Positions 32,301 through 40,454 of a DNA stretch of 64,000 bases are shown one piece after another. The DNA is taken from contig CAYWWW010000007.1 of assembly GCA_964462205.1 (NCBI GenBank), positions 28,149 through 92,148 on the forward strand, in the 5' to 3' direction. Numbering within the stretch: the stretch's first letter is position 1; each line of letters opens with the position of its first letter. Source of the stretch: an uncultured Cardiobacteriales bacterium. GTDB taxonomy: Bacteria; Pseudomonadota; Gammaproteobacteria; CAYWWW01. The notes under the pieces were generated by a model, which ran no database searches, was not told the origin of the DNA, and saw only the letters and a list, made by a program, of their open reading frames with translations. The position numbers were made by a program, and so were the translations under genes.

Positions 32301-32330
32301 GATAAACAACAGAAAAATGGTCAAGCGCAT
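29328..32330 (-). CDS. Fused membrane domain / spermidine-synthase-like SAM-fold protein
   Basis: Duplicated multi-TM unit (SGFAGLVYQ / TGLASFIYE), IGFGSGLS, DDAKAF, DLIISEPSNPW. Confidence 0.85.
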   Translation of the reverse strand: MRLTIFLLFILSGFAGLVYQSIWSHYLGLYLGHSAYAQTVVLVVFMGGLALGAWLASLYSHKIRAVLLGYALIEGIIGLLGLLFDPAFKGFLSLSLETIIPALPENWVDAYRFTSASLLIFPQTILLGMTFPLMTAVFLRYQPEKSGQNLGLLYFTNSLGAAIGALASVFLLMPALGLPGTIFTAGLLNIAVALVAYGIAKYADFADLPAAKSNPEDKPASASFWLFAALILFAAFFTGLASFIYEIAWIRLLSMVFGSTMYAFEIMLSAFIAGLAFGGLWIRKRLDAMQSPLLWAGSIQILMGIFAISTLWLYSQSFDWMKFILNSVQRNDGGFALFSIFSHGIALLIMFPATFFAGMTLPLFTQALLQRGGRENSIGQVYAINTVGAIIGVLIAVHWLMPSYGLKMLLAVGAGLDILLGIILLIAAKPGQQALRFVAASLMGLGIWTGLVYYVELEPRQMSSGVFRYARTDIGEQSNVVFLRDGKTATVAVTQTPDADSQSIMTNGKPDAALRRFIAVPEGENAETFKIAPPASDEATMVLLGSLGPAYFPEAKTAAVIGFGSGLSTQVLLGFESIEKVETIEIEPMMIEGAKQFLPRNRRAYEDPRSLLVIDDAKAFFAKTGNRYDLIISEPSNPWVSGVGTLFSQEFYQNIGRSLTDNGLLVQWMHVYELNDALLASVFKGLSAHFADYEVLMANGGDLVIIASKNQQVPLLSDFPWQQEQVLAELTAVGLDQKTLAEARIVGSKATLDAWFQDFGIAANSDFYPLLSLQAPKSLFFREGAQGLESILKSSIPVQEMLGGHPRLALPWSVTPDAFLNYRNELLIARDFYQQLKHSNDEKSEKSDFVHNLRYVPHLVQQHCRDFAGEADWLENLLVFAQLTLVYLPENERLELWNDLTWQNCPDPSEKVKDWNALYQAVAHRDAQAMWNLAQKLLPDALADKNTQAITYLLDAALVGALVSGQSPAAQAWLETTIKGKLASVSPSNRLLMALVLQQR

Positions 32331-32464
32331 GAAGGTTCTCGCTGATTTTTATAAAGAGACGGGCAAAACCCGCAGCGGATTGTAGAGGAGGCGGACAGCG
32401 AAAGCGAGAGGCCAATTGCCGAATGGATTGAACCTATGGGCAACCGGCGTGAAAGTTTACCAGG

Positions 32465-33028
32465 TCAGAAGGTAATGTCCTCGTACACCTGCGCTATCGG
32501 CAGATCCAAAGCCAAGCAGTTTAAGTAAATGCTGCCTTCGCTGTAGAAATGGTGTGTCCAGCCATTGCTGCCACGCCGATAAACCTCGACTTGCCGTTGA
32601 TCCTGGGCGACCAAAACATATTCTTGCAAACTCGCAAGCCCGCCGGTGTAAGCCAATAATTTTTCGCGCCGGTCAATGCGGGCAGTAGAATTGGACAGCA
32701 CCTCAATGAGTAAACAAGGACTTTGGCGGTAGTAAGTATGGCGATCCGTTGCCTCACAACTAAGCAGGAGATCAGGATAGTAAAAAAAGGTTTCGTCTTC
32801 CTGTTCAATGCGTACTTTCATGTCACTCGTAAACAATTGACAGCGACGTTGACGGGCAGCAGGCGTGAGTGCGAACGCCAAAGCATTGACAATCAAGCCA
32901 TGCCGGTCACTTGCCCCGCCCATAGCGTAAATTTGCCCGCTGACATATTCATGACGGATTTCGTCGTTTTGCTCCAAAACTAAATATTGTTCAACGCTAA
33001 ATGGTAACAGCTTAACAATAGCATTCAT
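32465..33028 (-). CDS. Uma2 (DUF820) family endonuclease-fold protein
   Basis: RHEYVSGQIYAMGG, YYPD, IEVLS, DRREK, EYVLVAQD. Confidence 0.92.
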   Translation of the reverse strand: MNAIVKLLPFSVEQYLVLEQNDEIRHEYVSGQIYAMGGASDRHGLIVNALAFALTPAARQRRCQLFTSDMKVRIEQEDETFFYYPDLLLSCEATDRHTYYRQSPCLLIEVLSNSTARIDRREKLLAYTGGLASLQEYVLVAQDQRQVEVYRRGSNGWTHHFYSEGSIYLNCLALDLPIAQVYEDITF

Positions 33029-33785
33029 AATAACTCCGTATCTTCGTAAATTTCAGAAAGGCTTAGCTTTAGATCAAGGCAAGGCAGCCAAAAACTGCCT
33101 TCGGTGTAAAGCTCCGGCAACCACTGACTTTCCACTCGCCGATAGACCTCGACTTGCCGTTTGTCCTGGGCAACCAAAAGATAGGCTTGCAAACTGGCTA
33201 ATTGGGTGTAAGCCAATAATTTTTCGTGCCGGTCAATGCGGGCAGTAGAATTGGACAGCACCTCAATGAGCAAACAAGGACTTTGGCGGTAGTAAGTATG
33301 GCGATCCGTTGCCTCACAACTAAGCAGGAGATCAGGATAGTAAAAAAAGGTTTCGTCTTCCTGTTCAATGCGTACTTTCATGTCACTCGTAAACAATTGA
33401 CAGCGACGTTGACGGGCAGCAGGCGTGAGTGCGAACGCCAAAGCATTGACAATCAAGCCATGCCGGTCACTTGCCCCGCCCATAGCGTAAATTTGCCCGC
33501 TGACATATTCATGACGGATTTCGTCGTTTTGCTCCAAAACTAAATATTGTTCAACGCTAAATGGTAACAGCTTAACAATAGCATTCATAATAACTCCGTA
33601 TCTTCGTAAATTTCAGAAAGGCTTAGCTTTAGATCAAGGCAAGGCAGCCAAAAACTGCCTTCGGTGTAAAGCTCCGGCAACCACTGACTTTCCACTCGCC
33701 GATAGACCTCGACTTGCCGTTTGTCCTGGGCAACCAAAAGATAGGCTTGCAAACTGGCTAATTGGGTGTAAGCCAATAATTTTTC
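32645..33785. repeat. 560-bp direct tandem duplication
   Basis: 32645-33225 matches 33205-33785 at offset 560, with differences seen at 32667/33227 and 32711/33271. Confidence 0.9.
33025..33588 (-). CDS. Uma2 family protein, chimeric copy
   Basis: N-terminal ~127 aa match the 32465 copy; C-terminus matches the 33585 copy. Confidence 0.9.
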   Translation of the reverse strand: MNAIVKLLPFSVEQYLVLEQNDEIRHEYVSGQIYAMGGASDRHGLIVNALAFALTPAARQRRCQLFTSDMKVRIEQEDETFFYYPDLLLSCEATDRHTYYRQSPCLLIEVLSNSTARIDRHEKLLAYTQLASLQAYLLVAQDKRQVEVYRRVESQWLPELYTEGSFWLPCLDLKLSLSEIYEDTELL

Positions 33786-34151
33786 TCGCCGATCAGTACG
33801 AGCCGTCGAGTCCGAGAGCACTTCAATGAGCAAACACGGGCGGCGGAGGTAATAGTCTTCGTAGTCGGTGGCATCGCAAGCCAAGACCAGATCCGGGTAG
33901 TAAAAAAAAGTGTCCTCTTCCTGTTCAATTCGCACTTTCATGTCACTCGTAAATAGTTGACAGCCACGTTGACGGGCAGCAGGCGTGAGCGCGAACGCCA
34001 AGGCATTGACAATCAAGCCATGCCGGTCACTTGCCCCGCCCATAGCGTAAATTTGCCCGCTGACATATTCATGACGGATTTCGTCGTTTTGTTCCAAGGC
34101 TAGGTAGTCTTTGACCGTCAACGCATTTATTTTTTGAGCAGTGATTGTCAT
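33585..34151 (-). CDS. Uma2 family protein
   Basis: Same motifs; GGAGGG RBS. Confidence 0.92.
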   Translation of the reverse strand: MTITAQKINALTVKDYLALEQNDEIRHEYVSGQIYAMGGASDRHGLIVNALAFALTPAARQRGCQLFTSDMKVRIEQEEDTFFYYPDLVLACDATDYEDYYLRRPCLLIEVLSDSTARTDRREKLLAYTQLASLQAYLLVAQDKRQVEVYRRVESQWLPELYTEGSFWLPCLDLKLSLSEIYEDTELL

Positions 34152-34307
34152 TTTTCCCTCCTTCGTTACCTAACTGACTTAAATAACAGTTTATAGTAGT
34201 GAATGACCGGCAAGAAGGCGAGCGGCGTTTGGTTGGTGGCGGCTGCCAATTCCGTTAAATTGCCGTTTGCTTTGGTGATGATTTCTTAAAACTTGTTTGG
34301 AGGACGT

Positions 34308-34868
34308 ATGGCAGCAGCACGCGGAGCGCAGGCGCTTACCGCAGCACAATATCTGGCTTTGGAAAATGAACGTCAAGAAAAGCATGAATTTATCAATGGC
34401 GAAAGCTATGCTATGGCCGGTGCTTCAGCAGCGCATGTTACCGTCAGTCTTAACTTGGCAGCGGCGTTAAAAGCGCATCTGCGCGGCACGCCCTGTCAAG
34501 CCTTTATTGCCGATATGAAACTTTATGTGGCAGCGCGCGATGCTTATTTTTATCCCGATGTTTTTGTTATTTGTGGTGGTGAACAACGCGCCAAGCAACA
34601 GGCGAAAAGTGATGCTTTGTTGATTGTCGAAGTGTTATCGCCAAGCACGGAAGCCTTTGATCGGGGAGCGAAATTTGCCCATTATCGCCGCTTGCCTAGT
34701 CTTAAAGAGTATGTATTGGTTGATCTTGCCAATCGTACTGTTGATCTCTATCGTCAAGGTGCGGATGGTTTGTGGGTGCTACATCCTTACGGCGCCGACG
34801 ATACAATGGAACTCGTCAGCGTGGGCTTGAAGCGGTTGGTGGAAGAAGTTTTGGAGGGGGTGGAGTGA
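34308..34868 (+). CDS. Uma2 family protein (divergent orientation, more distant paralogue)
   Basis: KHEFINGE.YAMAG, FYPDV, VEVLSPSTEAFDRGAKF; GGAGGA RBS. Confidence 0.92.
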   Translation: MAAARGAQALTAAQYLALENERQEKHEFINGESYAMAGASAAHVTVSLNLAAALKAHLRGTPCQAFIADMKLYVAARDAYFYPDVFVICGGEQRAKQQAKSDALLIVEVLSPSTEAFDRGAKFAHYRRLPSLKEYVLVDLANRTVDLYRQGADGLWVLHPYGADDTMELVSVGLKRLVEEVLEGVE

Positions 34869-34937
34869 GCTAATTGTTTTTGCTGATCCTTTTTTCTGTT
34901 TTTTGTAATACAGTCTTTGGCAATAGGCAATAATATA

Positions 34938-36020
34938 ATGAAAATTTTCGTTTTATCAAAAAGACGTTATATGAGCCATGATCTTTTAGAAGACCGCTAT
35001 GGTCGCTTTTGGGAAATTCCCTATTTCCTATCAAAATCGGGTCATCAGGTTTATGGTTTAGCGTTGGGGTATCGGTCTGAATCGCAACTGATCATTGAAG
35101 AAGAAAACTTATATTGGTATTCAACAAGCATACAGAAAGATTTTAAGAAGTTTATGCAAAAAGCAAGCTATAATGCCTGTCAAGCAGAAGTGATTTGGGC
35201 TTGTTCTGATGCTCCTTATGGCATTTGGGGGCTTTCTTTGGCAAGGCATTATGATATCCCATTGGTTTTTGATCTCTATGATAATTTTGAAGCATACGCT
35301 TTTGCCAGCCTTCCGGGTTTTAAGCAGTGGTATCGCCATGCGGTGCGCGAAGCCAATTTAGTGACTTGTGTTAGTCAGCCGCTTGCTGATCTCGTATATC
35401 AATACGGGCGCAAAAAACCAACATTAGTGTTAGAAAATGCCTGTCAAATCAATACATTTAAACCCATGAACCGTGCTGCTTGTCGAGATGCCTTAGGACT
35501 TCCGAAAGAAGCCGTATTGATTGGTACTGCCGCTAGCTTGAGTCGTAAACGCGGCATTCACCATGTGATCGAAGCATTTTTGCAATTAACAAAAAATGAT
35601 TCAAATATGTATTTGATTTTAGCAGGTGCAAAGCAAATGCCTCTGCCAAAAGATAATCGCATCTTATACTTAGGAATGTTGCCTCTTGAAGGCGTTGCGC
35701 AATTATACAATGCCTTAGATGTCGTTATTATTAGCAATAAAGATGATAACTTTGGCCGTTATTGTTTTCCGCAAAAAGCCTATGAAATCATGTCCTGCGA
35801 CCGTCCCTTGGTTGCCGCCAATGTAGGAAGTATGTCTTTATTATTTAAGGATCACCCACAGTGGCTTTATCAAGCGAATGATGCCAATGATCTGGTACGC
35901 GCTATTCGCGAAAGATTGATTGATCAAACCACAAATTACGCTTGTGCAGCGACATGGCAGGATCGCGCCAATAGTTTGTTAAAATTTATAAATACTTATT
36001 CGGGAGAAGACTTTGAATAA
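34938..36020 (+). CDS. Glycosyltransferase, GT4 family
   Basis: GT-B fold; RKRG, FPQKAYEIMSCDRPLVAANVG. Confidence 0.85.
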   Translation: MKIFVLSKRRYMSHDLLEDRYGRFWEIPYFLSKSGHQVYGLALGYRSESQLIIEEENLYWYSTSIQKDFKKFMQKASYNACQAEVIWACSDAPYGIWGLSLARHYDIPLVFDLYDNFEAYAFASLPGFKQWYRHAVREANLVTCVSQPLADLVYQYGRKKPTLVLENACQINTFKPMNRAACRDALGLPKEAVLIGTAASLSRKRGIHHVIEAFLQLTKNDSNMYLILAGAKQMPLPKDNRILYLGMLPLEGVAQLYNALDVVIISNKDDNFGRYCFPQKAYEIMSCDRPLVAANVGSMSLLFKDHPQWLYQANDANDLVRAIRERLIDQTTNYACAATWQDRANSLLKFINTYSGEDFE

Positions 36021-36966
36021 TAAACACTTTCGGAAATTGCTGCGGATGTCATTTGATAATCCGATTCTTAGGGTAATTCTTTATTTTTTCTATTTTATAC
36101 GGTTTGGTTTTTACACCATAAAAGAAAAAAGTTTTCTCTTTCTCCGTTATTATCCAGGTTATCACGGCGCTACCATTCCAAGTATGAAGTCGGTATTAAG
36201 GCATAGCGATAAGATATTTATTGATAATATTGATCAACCAAGCGGTATAGCGTTGAATGAATCAGTGCAACTTTCTTTGCTAGAAAAATTTATCACCTAT
36301 TATGCCGACTTCAATCCGCCAGCAGAAAAATCAAGTGATTGCTTATATTTTTATGAAAATAGTATGTTTGGATTTAACGATGGCTTTGCACTCCATTGCT
36401 TTATTCGTCATTTTCATCCTAAGCGTATTATCGAGATTGGTTCAGGCTTTTCTTCGGCACTGATGATTGATACCTGCAAAGCATTTAGTCCCAACAGCTC
36501 GCTTACTTTTATAGACCCTTGGTCTGTCAATATTCTCGACGTTCAGAAAAACAATACATCAAAATTGGCTGTCAATTACCACAGGGAAGAAATTCAACAT
36601 GTTGATTTGAAAATGTTTAATTCCCTTGATGCTAACGACATTCTTTTTATAGATACTTCGCATACTGTGAAAATTGGTAGCGACTTGTCGTATATTTTTT
36701 TCAAGATACTTCCAGCGCTATCACCTGGGGTGATTATCCATATCCACGATGTATGGTATCCATTTGAATATCCTAAGGAGATGGTTTTACAGGGACGAAC
36801 TTATAACGAGGCTTACTTCGTGCGTGCTTTTCTTCAGTTTAACAACGCTTTTGAAATATTATTTTTTGGATCTTTCTTAGAGTCAAAATATGGACATGCC
36901 TTTGCTCCAATGCCGAGGTATCGTATCGGTTCAGCTCAGAGTTTATGGTTGAGAAAAAATGTCTAG
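36013..36966 (+). CDS. Class I SAM-dependent methyltransferase (probably glycan-modifying)
   Basis: IIEIGSGFSS, ILFIDTSH, GVIIHIHD. Confidence 0.85.
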   Translation: MNNKHFRKLLRMSFDNPILRVILYFFYFIRFGFYTIKEKSFLFLRYYPGYHGATIPSMKSVLRHSDKIFIDNIDQPSGIALNESVQLSLLEKFITYYADFNPPAEKSSDCLYFYENSMFGFNDGFALHCFIRHFHPKRIIEIGSGFSSALMIDTCKAFSPNSSLTFIDPWSVNILDVQKNNTSKLAVNYHREEIQHVDLKMFNSLDANDILFIDTSHTVKIGSDLSYIFFKILPALSPGVIIHIHDVWYPFEYPKEMVLQGRTYNEAYFVRAFLQFNNAFEILFFGSFLESKYGHAFAPMPRYRIGSAQSLWLRKNV

Positions 36967-37898
36967 CTTTTTTTTATAAATAGTCGTTTGTCCTTGAGGA
37001 GATGTCCTAAGAAATACCCAATCGCTCGCACAAATACCAGCCAGGCTTCTTGCCAAGAGGAAATTTTTCGTTTCGGTGAAGGCAGCATTGGGAGGTGTGC
37101 AACCGAAGTACTAGACAAGTCAGGATCATGATTATTATGTTTATTTTTCTGTTTTGATAAAAAATCACCGGTAAGATAGCCTGTAAAAAAAACCCGTTTC
37201 GTAGCACCAAGTAAGGTTATGTCCTGTTCCTCTACATGGTGATAGACAATGCTTTTCGGTAGATAGACGCGGTTTTTTGCGTGTGGCAAGCTAATCTGTT
37301 CCAAAAAACGGGATTCATCACTTAAAAAAAACGGAGTCCCTGGTCCAAAGTCTTCTGGCCAGGCCGCTTGGTTTTTGCCCACTGCCTGACAACGAACTGC
37401 CATATTTGGTCCAAACGGATAGTTGAAAGGCCGATAAATGCCGTCAGATTCCCCATAATTATGATAAGCACACAAAGGGCTTTTTAAGTTATAAGTTTTC
37501 TTTAACCATTTTGGGAGGTGACTCTGTTCATCGAGAAGAATTTTACCGCCAAATATGTCAATTTCGGGATAGCGGTTGGCTCCATCAATCATTGCTTGTA
37601 GCCAGAATGGGTCGGTTATCACATCATCATCGGTAAAAACCCATAAATCCCCTGTTGCTGCTTTCATAGCACGATTCAGCGCTTTGCTTTTACCAGGTTG
37701 GCGTTCAAATAAACAAATAATATTTGGATTTTGCAGACTACTTAAATAATCAGCCGTATCATCCCGACTGTTGTTGTCAACAATAACCAATTCTTTGGCG
37801 ACAGAAGTGTTTTGTTCGGTAAAGCCACGAATAACTTGCTCTAAAGAGGAGCGACGATTATGGGTAGCAAGCAAAAGGGAAATTTTTTTGACCATCAT
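36963..37898 (-). CDS. Glycosyltransferase, GT2 family
   Basis: IVDNNSRD, GKSKALN, FTDDD. Confidence 0.9.
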   Translation of the reverse strand: MMVKKISLLLATHNRRSSLEQVIRGFTEQNTSVAKELVIVDNNSRDDTADYLSSLQNPNIICLFERQPGKSKALNRAMKAATGDLWVFTDDDVITDPFWLQAMIDGANRYPEIDIFGGKILLDEQSHLPKWLKKTYNLKSPLCAYHNYGESDGIYRPFNYPFGPNMAVRCQAVGKNQAAWPEDFGPGTPFFLSDESRFLEQISLPHAKNRVYLPKSIVYHHVEEQDITLLGATKRVFFTGYLTGDFLSKQKNKHNNHDPDLSSTSVAHLPMLPSPKRKISSWQEAWLVFVRAIGYFLGHLLKDKRLFIKKS

Positions 37899-38935
37899 GG
37901 CTTAGACTTGTGTATTTGGGGTAAAGAAACGTTTTTTCTTTTAGAAATCAAATGATGCTTGAGTAAATAGTATATTTTATAAATAAACATGAATTTATTT
38001 ATAAAAATTAGTGCTAAAGCAAAAATAAACCCTTTGTCGCTTTTGAGTGCATTGTTCATAATTGAAAAAGCGGAGCTTTTTCTGTTGCATGTCAATATCT
38101 GTGCTTTCACCAAGAAATATTTTTTTACCAAGGTCTCAAGTAGATGAGCATGTTTTTTTTCTAGTCTTTTTAAATCTAATATTCGTTGCTCGATGAGAGC
38201 TATCTCTCTTTTATGATGCTTCAGTCTATGTTCTGAATAAGGAGGATATTTAAGTGGATCCTCCCAGCTAAAAGATATACCAACAGTTTGCCGATATTTA
38301 ATGGTGGGTTGATTTATATAAAAAATTTCTCCAATGAGCTTTGCACGTGCAGGCCACACAGAATCTTCAGTAATAATGTCACTCTTTAAATTGCCAAAGA
38401 CAGAAAATATTTCCCGAGATAGCGCACATGATGCGCCATGCGCATAAGCATTTGGTTCTAGTAGTATTTGCTCAAGGGATTTGCTGTAAACCTTTTGATC
38501 ATCTTCACGAATAAAAAGATATTCACCTGCTTCAGAGATGGCAATAGCACTGGAATAGAACAGGTGGATATTTTTGTTTTGTAGCCATTGTTGAACAATA
38601 AGCTCTGTTCTTTCCGGTAGGGAGATATCATCCCCTGCTGCCAAAACAATCAACTTTCCAGAAGATAACCCAACCACTTTGTTTATATGATCGGCTAAAC
38701 CAAGATTACAGGTATTCCTGTTTAAAGTAACGCGATGTTTTCCTTTATAATCATTGGCCATTTTTTCCATTACCGCAAAAGTTTCATCCTGAGAGCAATC
38801 ATCCGACAAAATAATCTCTAACGGTTCATAAGTTTGAGAAAATGCACCTTCAACCGCCTCACGGATATATTTTTCTTGGTTATAAGCAAACAGCGCAAAA
38901 GTCACCAAAGGGCGTTCAGATATCAGGTTTTTCAT
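37895..38935 (-). CDS. Glycosyltransferase, GT2 family
   Basis: AYNQEKYI, LSDDCSQD, AAGDDIS, TED. Confidence 0.9.
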   Translation of the reverse strand: MKNLISERPLVTFALFAYNQEKYIREAVEGAFSQTYEPLEIILSDDCSQDETFAVMEKMANDYKGKHRVTLNRNTCNLGLADHINKVVGLSSGKLIVLAAGDDISLPERTELIVQQWLQNKNIHLFYSSAIAISEAGEYLFIREDDQKVYSKSLEQILLEPNAYAHGASCALSREIFSVFGNLKSDIITEDSVWPARAKLIGEIFYINQPTIKYRQTVGISFSWEDPLKYPPYSEHRLKHHKREIALIEQRILDLKRLEKKHAHLLETLVKKYFLVKAQILTCNRKSSAFSIMNNALKSDKGFIFALALIFINKFMFIYKIYYLLKHHLISKRKNVSLPQIHKSKP

Positions 38936-40454
38936 CCATACCTTCCTTATGTTTTATTGGCCAACCGATCAGCGCATAAAAGCGCACAAGGCGTTCAATA
39001 AAGCGGCCAGTACCACCAATTTTAATTAACACCAGGCGCAAACCAAATAATCCAGTTGCAGCAGCAAGTATCACCGAAACTATTGCAGCAGAAATAGGTA
39101 AAAGCAAAGCCAGTACCAGAAGTGCCGTAGCGAGGCTGACATGCAGGCCAAGCAGGAACAGCGAAAGCCTCTGCCAGCGGAAGCCATGGATGCGCTGTGC
39201 TAAAAGATTGGCAGTCAGAAAATAAACGATGTAGCTCAAGACAAAGGCAAAGGCAGTTACAGATAAACCAACGGTAGGTAAGAGCAGCCACACCATAAAC
39301 AAAAATACAATATTAAAGCTCATTTCCATGAAAAAAAATGTTGTGGAACGTGCCGCAGCAACAATCGAAAAGCTCAATGCCCAGCTTGCTAACTTGAACA
39401 CATTACCCAGTGTCTGCCACTGAAGCAGTGCCACGGCAGGCGCAAATTCCGCTGAGTAAAGCAAGGTGATCACCCAAGGCGCAAGGCCAATCAAAAGCAA
39501 TAACATCGGCCCGCCAATGGCGAGACCTAATTGTGCTTGATCATTCATTAAGCGAACCGCTGCAACGCGGTCATGAATAACCTCGGTGAGTCTTGGATAA
39601 TAATCCGCTCCCATAGCATTCAGTAAAAAACCAATGTAGATGATGGTGATGCCCCAAGCCGCTGCGAAATGTCCGGCAGCGTCAAGACCCAATTGCTGTG
39701 TAATTTGTCCTTGTACCAGTAGCAGTGTTGCCGCTGTAATCAATCCACCGAGCATAAAAGCTGTGCCTAGCTTGGCAAGCGCCAGCCATGCTGACCAAGT
39801 TTCCGCTAAAGATAGAGCGATAGCGACGGGTTTAGGCAGACGGCGGGTGAAGTACAGTGCGATGAGCACGGTACTCAAAGGCTGGACGAGGACAAACCAG
39901 ATCAGGCCATGTTCACCCAAGAACCAGAGCACACCTAGACCGACTATGGTGCCGATAAATGAAGAAAAAATGGTTACACGGCTTAAGTCAGCGATGTGTC
40001 GCAGACCTTGCAACAAGGCAGTTTGTGCAGAAGCCAGCAGTGACAGCAGAATGGCAACCCCAATCAAGCCAACTTCGGTTGCATGGGTAGCATTGCCAAA
40101 AAGGAGAAGCGCAATGGGTTCACGCAGTAACCAAACCAACACCATCGCCAAGGCACCCTGAAATAGATGTGCTGCAAACAATACCCGACGCACCCGACCT
40201 AAGGTTGTTATTTCGCCACGCGCTGCCGCGATCTCTCGCACACCGCTTGATCCCATGCCTAAACCGGCGGCGGTGACAACCAGGTTATGCAGGCTATTGT
40301 AGATGCTCAATAAGCCCACCCCGGCTGGTCCAAGTAAAACGGCCAGCACTTTCATCCTGATAATCAAGATAATAATGTTTACCGCCTGTGCTGAACCAAT
40401 GATCAGCATGGATTTAATTAGACCGCGTGAATTGGCTTCACTGTCTGTACTCAT
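38916..40454 (-). CDS. wzx: Wzx-type oligosaccharide flippase
   Basis: Twelve or more TM helices; AVLLGPAGVG, DYYPRL, LLYSAEF. Confidence 0.88.
   Translation of the reverse strand: MSTDSEANSRGLIKSMLIIGSAQAVNIIILIIRMKVLAVLLGPAGVGLLSIYNSLHNLVVTAAGLGMGSSGVREIAAARGEITTLGRVRRVLFAAHLFQGALAMVLVWLLREPIALLLFGNATHATEVGLIGVAILLSLLASAQTALLQGLRHIADLSRVTIFSSFIGTIVGLGVLWFLGEHGLIWFVLVQPLSTVLIALYFTRRLPKPVAIALSLAETWSAWLALAKLGTAFMLGGLITAATLLLVQGQITQQLGLDAAGHFAAAWGITIIYIGFLLNAMGADYYPRLTEVIHDRVAAVRLMNDQAQLGLAIGGPMLLLLIGLAPWVITLLYSAEFAPAVALLQWQTLGNVFKLASWALSFSIVAAARSTTFFFMEMSFNIVFLFMVWLLLPTVGLSVTAFAFVLSYIVYFLTANLLAQRIHGFRWQRLSLFLLGLHVSLATALLVLALLLPISAAIVSVILAAATGLFGLRLVLIKIGGTGRFIERLVRFYALIGWPIKHKEGMDEKPDI

Noticed and set aside
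32465-34151. CRISPR array or IS element explaining the repeats
   Set aside because: The repeats are coding Uma2 paralogues; no spacers, cas genes, transposase or terminal inverted repeats
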